NCBI GenBank assembly: GCA_021151665.1 | Contig: JAGKWW010000002.1 | Coordinates: 17,945 to 81,944, forward strand | DNA: 64,000 nucleotides | DNA from: Flavobacteriaceae bacterium | GTDB taxonomy: Bacteria > Bacteroidota > Bacteroidia > Flavobacteriales > Flavobacteriaceae | Reading direction: 5' to 3' | Shown: in pieces, positions 56,177 to 64,000 of the stretch | Layout of the letters: each line of letters begins with the position of its first letter | How positions within the stretch are numbered: the stretch's first letter is position 1 | The notes under the pieces: generated by a model | What the model was told of the DNA's origin: nothing | What the model saw: only the letters and a program-made list of their open reading frames with translations | The model's database searches: none | Program-made: the position numbers and the translations under genes

Positions 56177-57109
56177 ATGGAGATAACCACCCCAATTGCT
56201 GAAAAGCTCAGGGAACTGGATGACAAATTCAGGGCGATAAACCAAAAGACCGAAACCCATCTGGAGGGGCTGCTGTGGAGCAAGCCCCTTACGTATTGGG
56301 ATTATATACAAACCGATGCTTTGCTCAACCTTCAGGTGCAGCGTACAACGCTGCCCGATGAAATGGTGTTTATTATGTACCACCAGGTAAATGAGCTGCT
56401 GTTTAAAATGATCTTGTGGGAGGTAGAGCAGCTTTGCCATACCGATATGCCTTCAACCGAGTATTTTACTGAGAAACTGATGCGCATCAGCCGGTATTTT
56501 GATATGCTTACTGCATCGTTCACCATCATGAAAGACGGGATGGATGTAGAGCAGTATCTAAAGTTCCGTAATACGCTGACGCCGGCAAGCGGTTTCCAGA
56601 GTGCACAGTACAGGCTTATTGAGTTTGCATCTACAGACCTTATCAATCTGATAGATTACCGCTACCGGGCAACAATAGACCGCAACACGCCTTACGAACA
56701 TGCGCTTGAGCACCTTTACTGGCAGGCCGCCGGTAAAGATTATCATACGGGCGAAAAGTCGTACCTGCTTAGCGAGTTTGAAAAGAAATACAAAACCGAG
56801 TTCCTTCGTTTCATGGAGGAGTACAATACCATTAATATCTGGCGCAAGTTTACCCAACTGCCTACCGATGCGCAGGCAGATGCAATGCTCATAAAGGCGA
56901 TGAGGCATTATGACTATACGGTAAATGTTACCTGGGTAATGGGGCATTACAATACAGCGGTAAAATATATTGAGAGCAGCACAGGCCCGCAGGAAGCGAC
57001 CGGCGGCAGTGACTGGAAGAAGTACATGCACCCGAAATACCAGCGCAGGATATTTTTCCCTGAATTGTGGACAGAAGAGGAACTCCGTACATGGGGAGAA
57101 AATGTGTAA
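56177..57109 (+). CDS. kynA: Tryptophan 2,3-dioxygenase
   Basis: The TDO-like helical heme protein pattern (YWDYIQTDALLNLQ, HQVNELLFK, FRNTLTPASGFQSAQYR). The ATG immediately follows the DUF3108 stop. Confidence 0.88.
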   Translation: MEITTPIAEKLRELDDKFRAINQKTETHLEGLLWSKPLTYWDYIQTDALLNLQVQRTTLPDEMVFIMYHQVNELLFKMILWEVEQLCHTDMPSTEYFTEKLMRISRYFDMLTASFTIMKDGMDVEQYLKFRNTLTPASGFQSAQYRLIEFASTDLINLIDYRYRATIDRNTPYEHALEHLYWQAAGKDYHTGEKSYLLSEFEKKYKTEFLRFMEEYNTINIWRKFTQLPTDAQADAMLIKAMRHYDYTVNVTWVMGHYNTAVKYIESSTGPQEATGGSDWKKYMHPKYQRRIFFPELWTEEELRTWGENV

Positions 57110-57127
57110 TTATGAAATGCCCCGGAT

Positions 57128-58354
57128 TTGAGATACCTTGCCTACATACTGCTGATATTTGCTGTAATTTCGTGTAAAAAAGATGCCCCCGCATCACAAA
57201 AGCCTGTTGCATCCAAGCCTAAGATCGTTAAGGAGTTCGGATTTATACTGAATGACTTTAAGGTGGTTCACGATACCATTGCACAGGGCGATACGTTTGG
57301 AAAGATACTGGGAGAGGAAGGCTATGATGCTTCCGGCATCCATAACATTACCGAAAAAATAAAAGACTCTTTTGACCTGAGGGATATCAGGGTGGGTAAG
57401 CCCTTTACGTTGCTCAAACAAAAAAATGCTCCAAATAAGCTTCAGGTATTTATCTACCAACCCGATAACATGAGTTATTACGTGGTAGACCTTCGCGATT
57501 CGGTAAAGGTGCACAAAACTGTACGGCCGCTTACTATCAAACGGCGTGTAATTGCTGCCGAGATTGAAGGGTCCCTTGCAGAAACTCTTGATAAAGCGGG
57601 TGCGTCGCCGGCATTGGCACATGAGCTTTCTGAAATTTACGCGTGGTCTATCGACTTCTTTAAGATACAAAAGGGCGACAGGTTTGCCGTGGCTGTCGAT
57701 GAGAAATTCATCAGCGATACCATTTACGCAGGAATAGATAAAATAGAATCATCTTTCTTCGAATACAAGGGCAAGCGTATTTATGCCTTCCCGTTTAAGC
57801 AGGATCCCGATTCGCGCAAAATAGATTTCTATGACGAAGAAGGAAAAGTGCTGAAGAACATGTTCCTGAAGGCGCCGCTTAAATTCAGCCACATCAGCTC
57901 GCGCTTCTCCGCAAGGCGCTTCCATCCGGTGCAGATGCGCTGGAAGGCCCATAACGGAACCGACTATGCCGCTCCGCATGGCACCCCGATTATGACTACA
58001 GCCTCGGGCGTCGTTGAGCGAACAGGCTATACCGCGGGTAACGGCAATTTTGTAAAAGTGAAGCACAACCGTACCTATGCCACACAATACCTGCACATGA
58101 GCAAGATACTGGTGCGCCAGGGACAGCATGTTACGCAAGGCGATATCATTGGCAGGGTAGGCAGTACAGGCCTTGCAACAGGCCCCCACGTTTGCTACCG
58201 CTTCTGGAAGAATGGCGTACAAGTAGATGCGCTCCGGCAGAAGCTCCCCAATTCCGAGCCTATGGCGGCTAAGCATAAGCCCAGGTTCATCAAGTACATG
58301 ACGCCACTGAAGCGGGAGCTTGACAGCATTTCGAACATCAAATTCAAATCATAA
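57128..58354 (+). CDS. M23-family peptidoglycan metallopeptidase (lipoprotein)
   Basis: Lipobox-like FAVISCKKD and [14 protein letters not shown] (HxxxD). The C-terminal motif is GPHVCYRF where HxH is usual. TTG start at 57128. Confidence 0.85.
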   Translation: MRYLAYILLIFAVISCKKDAPASQKPVASKPKIVKEFGFILNDFKVVHDTIAQGDTFGKILGEEGYDASGIHNITEKIKDSFDLRDIRVGKPFTLLKQKNAPNKLQVFIYQPDNMSYYVVDLRDSVKVHKTVRPLTIKRRVIAAEIEGSLAETLDKAGASPALAHELSEIYAWSIDFFKIQKGDRFAVAVDEKFISDTIYAGIDKIESSFFEYKGKRIYAFPFKQDPDSRKIDFYDEEGKVLKNMFLKAPLKFSHISSRFSARRFHPVQMRWKAHNGTDYAAPHGTPIMTTASGVVERTGYTAGNGNFVKVKHNRTYATQYLHMSKILVRQGQHVTQGDIIGRVGSTGLATGPHVCYRFWKNGVQVDALRQKLPNSEPMAAKHKPRFIKYMTPLKRELDSISNIKFKS

Positions 58355-58362
58355 GATTCACC

Positions 58363-60006
58363 ATGGCACTTCAATCAACCAATCCCTCGGGCACACAGGC
58401 GTGGCAGGCGCTGCGTGAGCATTTCAGCGAGATGCAATATGCCTCAATGAAAGAAATGTTTGCAGCCGACCCGCAGCGTGCACAAAAGTTTCACATCCGC
58501 TGGAATGATTTTCTTCTGGACTACAGTAAGAACATTGTAGATAAGCGAACGATGCTGCTGCTTACAGGGCTGGCTGAAGAAACGGGGCTTTCCGGCGCTA
58601 TCAAAAGCTATTTTGGAGGCGATGCAATTAACCAAACCGAGAACAGGGCCGTGCTGCATACCGCGTTGCGTGCTCCGGAAAATGCGCAGGTGCTGGTAGA
58701 CGGGCAGAATGTAATGCCGGAAGTATATGCCGTAAAAAGGAAGATAAAAGCTTTTACCGATGAAGTAATAAATGGTACCCGTACAGGCTATACCGGAAAA
58801 CCATTCACCGATGTCGTGAATATCGGGATAGGCGGATCAGACCTTGGCCCGGCGATGGTGGTAGAAGCGCTGAAGTTTTACAAGAACCAGCTCAATGTCC
58901 GTTTTATATCGAACGTGGATGGCGACCATGTAATGGAAAGCCTGAAGGGCCTCGATCCGGAAACCACACTGTTTGTAATAGCGTCTAAAACATTTACCAC
59001 GCAGGAAACACTCAGCAATGCCGAAACGGTACGTGAATGGTTCTTAAAAGGTGCAAAGCAGGAAGATGTTGCAAAACACTTCGTAGCGGTTTCAACCAAT
59101 ATAAAGAAGGTAACAGAGTTTGGTATCGATGAGGCCAACATCTTCCCGATGTGGGACTGGGTGGGCGGCCGTTTCTCACTTTGGAGCGCCGTGGGCCTTA
59201 GCATCGCATTAGCGGTAGGCTTCGATAATTTTGATAAGCTACTGAAGGGCGCGCATGATATGGACGAGCATTTCCGCACTGCGCCGTTTGAAGAGAACAT
59301 ACCGGTTGTGGCTGCACTGCTGAGCATCTGGTACAACAATTTCTTTGGGGCCGAAAGCGAAGCACTGATTCCGTACACGCAATACCTGCAAAAGCTGGCG
59401 CCTTACCTGCAGCAGGGTATCATGGAAAGCAATGGCAAAAGCGTAGGCCGCGATGGATATCCGGTAAATTACCAGACGGGAACTATCATTTGGGGAGAGC
59501 CGGGCACCAATTCGCAGCACGCTTTCTTCCAGCTGATACACCAGGGAACTAAACTTATCCCGACTGACTTCATTGGTTTCGTAAAGCCGCTGCATGGCAA
59601 TACCGACCATCATAATAAACTGATGTCAAATTTCTTTGCCCAAACCGAGGCATTGCTTAATGGCAAAACGGAGGCACAGGTAAGGGCCGAGTTCGAAAAG
59701 CAGGGCATTGCCGGTGAACAGGCAGATTTCCTCGCTCCGTTTAAAGAGTTCAGGGGGAACAAGCCTACAAATACACTGTTGATAGACAAGCTAACACCGG
59801 AGTCGCTGGGTGCCTTAATCGCGCTCTACGAACATAAGATATTTGTGCAGGGCGTTATCTGGAATATATTTAGTTATGACCAGTGGGGTGTAGAGCTCGG
59901 AAAGCAACTCGCCAATTCTATTTTTGACGAGATAAACGGCGGTGAAAGCAAGCTTCACGACAGCTCTACTGCCTTCCTTCTGCAGAATTTTCAGGAACGT
60001 AAGTAA
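58363..60006 (+). CDS. pgi: Glucose-6-phosphate isomerase
   Basis: 547 aa with PGI signatures [14 protein letters not shown] and [10 protein letters not shown]. Confidence 0.97.
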   Translation: MALQSTNPSGTQAWQALREHFSEMQYASMKEMFAADPQRAQKFHIRWNDFLLDYSKNIVDKRTMLLLTGLAEETGLSGAIKSYFGGDAINQTENRAVLHTALRAPENAQVLVDGQNVMPEVYAVKRKIKAFTDEVINGTRTGYTGKPFTDVVNIGIGGSDLGPAMVVEALKFYKNQLNVRFISNVDGDHVMESLKGLDPETTLFVIASKTFTTQETLSNAETVREWFLKGAKQEDVAKHFVAVSTNIKKVTEFGIDEANIFPMWDWVGGRFSLWSAVGLSIALAVGFDNFDKLLKGAHDMDEHFRTAPFEENIPVVAALLSIWYNNFFGAESEALIPYTQYLQKLAPYLQQGIMESNGKSVGRDGYPVNYQTGTIIWGEPGTNSQHAFFQLIHQGTKLIPTDFIGFVKPLHGNTDHHNKLMSNFFAQTEALLNGKTEAQVRAEFEKQGIAGEQADFLAPFKEFRGNKPTNTLLIDKLTPESLGALIALYEHKIFVQGVIWNIFSYDQWGVELGKQLANSIFDEINGGESKLHDSSTAFLLQNFQERK

Positions 60007-60025
60007 TAAATTACAAGATATTTTT

Positions 60026-60058
60026 AGCCCTGTTGAAAACTTTTAACAGGGCTTTTTC
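60026..60058 (+). terminator. Rho-independent terminator after pgi
   Basis: agccctgtt-gaaaactttt-aacagggct followed by ttttt. Confidence 0.85.
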
Positions 60059-60168
60059 ATGCCCTGTATTTACAGGAAGAACCAATGTTTATTGGGTTGT
60101 TGAAAACTTGTTGATAACACGTTAATTAACAACTTAACAATTATTTAATGAAGCAATTATTATAAGTA

Positions 60169-60645
60169 ATGCGTATATTTGCCTTCCTGACATTTTTGAA
60201 AACAATGTATCAAACCTTATTAGATCTTCATTCTTACATCGCTTTTGCAGTACTCGGCCTTTTGCTGATTGCCATCATTAATGCATTTGCGGGCCTTTCG
60301 GCAAAAAGGGCATTTAATGCCAACGACAGGAAGATCTCATTGATCGCATTGGCTTTTTCTCATACCCAAATGGTCATTGGGTTGGTTATGTTATTTATGT
60401 CGCCGTATATGGAAACCGCTAAGCAGTCGGGTATGGGCGCTATAATGAAAAACCCTGACCTCAGGCTTAAAGTAATCGAGCACCCGCTAATCAACATCAT
60501 TGCTATTGTGCTGATCACTATCGGCTGGAGCAAGCATAAGAAAGAAATAAACGACACCAATAAATTTAAACGCATAGCTTATTTATATGCAATAGCATTT
60601 GTCCTACTCCTGAGCAGGATACCGTGGAGCCAGTGGCTCTCATAA
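60169..60645 (+). CDS. Small integral membrane protein, unknown function
   Basis: Four predicted TM segments. ATG 60205 is an alternative start. No family recognised. Confidence 0.6.
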   Translation: MRIFAFLTFLKTMYQTLLDLHSYIAFAVLGLLLIAIINAFAGLSAKRAFNANDRKISLIALAFSHTQMVIGLVMLFMSPYMETAKQSGMGAIMKNPDLRLKVIEHPLINIIAIVLITIGWSKHKKEINDTNKFKRIAYLYAIAFVLLLSRIPWSQWLS

Positions 60646-60705
60646 ATGTAAGTTGAACAGTGGCATGGAGTTTGGATAAACGAGTGCCGCCCTAAAAGTT
60701 ATTTT

Positions 60706-61194
60706 ATGACAAAAAACAGTATCACGATCTTTAGTTCCCTGGCTTTTTTATTATTCCTGGCAACCGGGTTTACAACAACAGGTACAGAAGTAATCACAAA
60801 AACAGAACCCGCTAAAGCGCTCGATACCCTCGAAACGGTAAAAACCGAGACAGCGAAAGAAGAAGTTGCCGAAGAAAGCGATGTTAAGCTTTATAAGGCG
60901 AACGTAATGGCCACTTATTATGCCGACAAGTTCAACGGCAGAAAAACTACAAGCGGCGAACGTTTCCACAACAGCAAATACACAGCAGCCCATATGAAGC
61001 TCCCGTTTGGAACTATGGTTCGTGTAACCAATGTATCCAATGGCAAATCGGTCGACGTAAAAGTAAATGACCGTGGGCCTTTTAGTAAAAAGCTTGAAAT
61101 AGACCTTACCAAAAAGGCGTTTATGGAAATTGCTTCCAATAAAGGTTCAGGAAGTTTCAAGGTAAAGCTTGAAATCATTAACGAAAAGAAATAA
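60706..61194 (+). CDS. rlpA: RlpA-family (DPBB domain) lytic transglycosylase-like protein
   Basis: Signal peptide and the DPBB motif ATYYADKFNGRKTTSGERF...VRVTNVSNGKSVDVKVNDRGPF. Confidence 0.88.
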   Translation: MTKNSITIFSSLAFLLFLATGFTTTGTEVITKTEPAKALDTLETVKTETAKEEVAEESDVKLYKANVMATYYADKFNGRKTTSGERFHNSKYTAAHMKLPFGTMVRVTNVSNGKSVDVKVNDRGPFSKKLEIDLTKKAFMEIASNKGSGSFKVKLEIINEKK

Positions 61195-61196
61195 TC

Positions 61197-61229
61197 AAAA
61201 GCCCTCCCATTCCCGAGGGCTTTTCTTTT
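61197..61229 (+). terminator. Rho-independent terminator after rlpA
   Basis: aaaagccctc-ccattccc-gagggctttt followed by cttttaa. Confidence 0.8.
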
Positions 61230-61314
61230 AACTATTTTTTAACGCCGACATCAGTTCGTTTAGTTCGGTAATTGCCGAACTATGTTTTATCTTTGCCGGA
61301 AATTATTTAAGATA

Positions 61315-61806
61315 ATGTCCGATACGCAGAAAGAGAAAGAAGAACTGATAGAGATGTTCGGCGTTCATTTTGAGTCAACGTTCAACCTTCCGCCGTTGGC
61401 TTCCCGCATATTAGGTACGCTTATACTCGACGGCTGCCGCTCCGGTATTACTTTCGAAGAGCTGGTGGAACGTATGAATGCCAGTAAGAGCTCCGTGTCT
61501 ACCAGCGTCAACCTGTTGCTTAAGCTCGGTAAGATCAAGTACTACACCATGTGCGGCGACCGCAAAAAGTACTTTAAGGCAGCGCCCTTTAGCGAGCGCC
61601 TGGGCAATTACATCAAGATCATCGAATTTGAAAAGGAAATGATAGAGCGTATGCTGGCCTATCGCGAGAAGACCGCGTCATGCAGCGCCGAGTTATGCAA
61701 TCTGGAGAATACAAAGGCTTACAAGGAGCATGTGCTCGAAGTAGAACAATTGCTGCTGAAGAGCATCCAGCGCTTTAAAGAGATTGAACAAGGGAAATCA
61801 AGCTAA
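61315..61806 (+). CDS. GbsR/MarR-family transcriptional regulator
   Basis: Winged-helix region PPLASRILGTLILDG...ITFEELVERMNASKSSVSTSVNLLLKLG, directly upstream of the RND efflux genes. ATG 61315 chosen. Confidence 0.8.
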   Translation: MSDTQKEKEELIEMFGVHFESTFNLPPLASRILGTLILDGCRSGITFEELVERMNASKSSVSTSVNLLLKLGKIKYYTMCGDRKKYFKAAPFSERLGNYIKIIEFEKEMIERMLAYREKTASCSAELCNLENTKAYKEHVLEVEQLLLKSIQRFKEIEQGKSS

Positions 61807-61831
61807 AATCACACAAATAATCAATCAAACA

Positions 61832-62968
61832 ATGAAACAGAGATCATTATTGGCGGGACTCGTTGTCCTCGTCCTCGCGATATCCTGCGGAAAGAAAGAA
61901 GAGCAGGCGCCGCCAATGGGGCCAATGCCCTTCCCGGTACAGACTGTAGCACAGCAGGATGCCGTTATTTACCAGGAGTATACAGCTAACCTCGAAGGCC
62001 AGCAGAACGTAGAGATACGCCCTAAGGTAAACGGCTTTATACAGAAAATATTTGTAGATGAGGGGCAACAGGTGCGTAAAGGCCAATTGCTTTTCAAGCT
62101 GGAAACCCAAACCCTGAGCCAGGACGCCGCAGCTGCAAAAGCAAACGTATCGGCGGCGCAGGTAGAAGTAGACAGGCTCAAGCCTCTTGTAGAGCGTAAT
62201 ATCATCAGTAACGTACAACTGGAAACAGCGAAAGCCAAGCTTGCACAGGCAAAGGCTGCCTATAGCAGTGTAGCAGCCAATGTAGGCTACGGAACAATTA
62301 CTTCGCCGGCAGACGGTGTAATTGGGAGTATTCCTTTTAGAGAAGGGGCGCTGGTAAGCAGCACCACCGAGATGCCGCTGACTACCGTGTCAGACAGCAG
62401 AAGGATGCGTGCTTACTTTACGATGAACGAAAAACAGCTGCTCGATTTCAGCCGGACGTTTAAGGGAGCAACCCTTCAGGATAAGCTGAAGAGCGTGCCT
62501 GCGGTTAGCCTGCTGCTGGTAGATGGCAGCGAGTACGAGCTTAAAGGCAAACTCGCCACGGTAAATGGCCTGGCCGATCCTACCACAGGCACCACGGAAT
62601 TCCGCGCTGAATTTGATAACCCTGAGGCCGTCCTTCGCAGCGGCAGCAGCGGTGTGGTGCGTATTCCTGTACAGATGAAAGGAGCTATCCTGGTTCCGCA
62701 AAATGCCGTGATGGATATGCAGGGCAAGCAGATGATCTACGTGGTCAATAAGGATAACACAGTACAGTCGCGCATCATCCAGACACAGGTAGCATCGGGT
62801 ACCCACTTTATAGTAACTGAGGGGCTGCAGCAAGGTGACGTAATTGTAACCGCAGGAGCCAACAAACTAAAAGACGGCCAGCAAATCGTGCCACAGCAGG
62901 AAGGCCAGCAGGCTGCCGCGCCACAAGGTACACCCGCTGCACAGCCGGCCGCCTCAACCAAAAAATAA
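61832..62968 (+). CDS. RND efflux periplasmic adaptor (membrane fusion protein)
   Basis: Lipobox LAISCGK, a coiled-coil hairpin (AAAAKANVSAAQVEVDRLKPL...) and a beta-barrel/MP domain pattern. ATG 61832 chosen. Confidence 0.9.
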   Translation: MKQRSLLAGLVVLVLAISCGKKEEQAPPMGPMPFPVQTVAQQDAVIYQEYTANLEGQQNVEIRPKVNGFIQKIFVDEGQQVRKGQLLFKLETQTLSQDAAAAKANVSAAQVEVDRLKPLVERNIISNVQLETAKAKLAQAKAAYSSVAANVGYGTITSPADGVIGSIPFREGALVSSTTEMPLTTVSDSRRMRAYFTMNEKQLLDFSRTFKGATLQDKLKSVPAVSLLLVDGSEYELKGKLATVNGLADPTTGTTEFRAEFDNPEAVLRSGSSGVVRIPVQMKGAILVPQNAVMDMQGKQMIYVVNKDNTVQSRIIQTQVASGTHFIVTEGLQQGDVIVTAGANKLKDGQQIVPQQEGQQAAAPQGTPAAQPAASTKK

Positions 62969-62974
62969 TTACAC

Positions 62975-64000
62975 ATGCTAAAGACTTTTATAGAAAGGCC
63001 GGTACTCTCTACCGTAATTTCGACATTAATAACCATTCTGGGCGTATTAGGCCTCATGGCGCTGCCGGTAGAGCAGTATCCTGAAATCGCCCCGCCCACC
63101 GTTCAGGTAAGCGCCACATACACCGGAGCAAATGCTGGTACCGTGCTTAATAGCGTGGTAATTCCGCTGGAAGAAGAGATCAATGGTGTTGAGGGCATGA
63201 CCTATATGACCTCGACAGCTGCTAATGATGGCACAGCATCTATCAACGTATTCTTTGAGCTGGGCGTAAACCCCGATATCGCGGCGGTAAACGTTCAGAA
63301 CCGGGTTTCGCGGGCTTCGAGCAAGCTGCCGCAGGCGGTAGTGCAAACGGGGGTTACCACTTTCAAGAGCCAGACCAGTGCGCTGATGTTCTTCTCGCTG
63401 TATTCTACCAATAAAGAATTTGACGGCACTTTCGTGCAGAACTATGCAAAGATCAACATCGTACCAAGGCTGCAGCGTGTAAAGGGTGTGGGCCAGGTAA
63501 ACGTATTTGGTGGTAAAGACTACTCGATGCGTATCTGGATCGACCCCGAAAAAATGGCTGCGTATAACCTCACGCCAAAAGATATTCAGGCTGCGCTACA
63601 GGAACAGAATGTAGAAGCCGCTCCGGGTAAATTCGGGGAGAACGCCCAAGGTGTATATGAATATGTAATCAAGTACAAAGGGCGCCTTTCCAAAACAGAA
63701 GAGTACGAGAATATCGTAGTGAAAGCCACGGGCGGCGGGAATTTCCTCCGCCTGAAGGATGTCGCCAAGATAGAGCTCGGAGCCTTCAACTATGGGCAGA
63801 AGAACTTTGGTATGGGTAACGATGGTGTGGCTATCGGGGTATTCCAGACCTCGGGTTCTAACGCCAACGACATCATTGAAGAGGTAATGGCGATCATGAA
63901 GGAAAACGAAAAGAGCTTTCCTCCCGGCATAAAATATGTGGTGCCGTTCAATACAAAGGCATTTCTTGACGCGTCCATCCATAAAGTAGTGTCTACGTTG
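62975..64000 (+). CDS. RND efflux inner-membrane permease (AcrB-like), N-terminal 342 codons only
   Basis: Not in the ORF track because there is no stop in the window. My translation from ATG 62975 reads MLKTFIERPVLSTVISTLITILGVLGLMALPVEQYPEIAPPTVQVSATYTGANA..., the canonical AcrB/HAE1 N-terminus. Confidence 0.92.
   Translation, partial: MLKTFIERPVLSTVISTLITILGVLGLMALPVEQYPEIAPPTVQVSATYTGANAGTVLNSVVIPLEEEINGVEGMTYMTSTAANDGTASINVFFELGVNPDIAAVNVQNRVSRASSKLPQAVVQTGVTTFKSQTSALMFFSLYSTNKEFDGTFVQNYAKINIVPRLQRVKGVGQVNVFGGKDYSMRIWIDPEKMAAYNLTPKDIQAALQEQNVEAAPGKFGENAQGVYEYVIKYKGRLSKTEEYENIVVKATGGGNFLRLKDVAKIELGAFNYGQKNFGMGNDGVAIGVFQTSGSNANDIIEEVMAIMKENEKSFPPGIKYVVPFNTKAFLDASIHKVVSTL

Overview
This is a chromosomal segment with clear Flavobacteriia/Bacteroidota hallmarks: T9SS C-terminal sorting domains, a MoxR-DUF58-BatA-BatB-BatC aerotolerance operon, TAnnTTTG -7 promoter boxes and very short leaders. 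I call 57 protein-coding genes (the first and last are cut by the window edges), one frameshifted pseudogene and one IS110-family insertion sequence. I also call several hairpin terminators and a family of short intergenic repeats. I saw no rRNA, tRNA, CRISPR array, prophage, PUL or biosynthetic cluster. Most genes are housekeeping: pheS, ileS, lspA, uvrC, recO, gmk, nadD, gpsA, gdhA, pgi, hmgA-hppD-kynA aromatic catabolism, and an RND efflux operon at the right edge. The only clearly accessory patch is 8.0-14.9 kb. It holds a Schlafen/AlbA_2-domain protein of unknown function, the IS110 element, and two tandem paralogous T9SS surface proteins whose 3' ~1 kb is near-identical. I did not find a convincing new multi-gene system. 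Four things are worth follow-up. (1) The ~220-nt non-coding left end of the IS110 element carries sequence matches to its own right end, to its left junction and to the rebuilt insertion site, as expected for a bridge/guide RNA. It also has a -7 box that would gain a -33 element only after circle-junction formation. (2) The insertion site is a REP-like palindrome that can be rebuilt from the two flanks. (3) A recurring class of 7-nt-periodic tandem or mirrored arrays fills at least six short intergenic spacers. (4) A possible small RNA or leader peptide lies between hppD and the DUF3108-kynA pair. All functional calls rest on my recognition of motifs in the supplied translations and on reading the DNA by hand; no database search, folding or statistics could be run.
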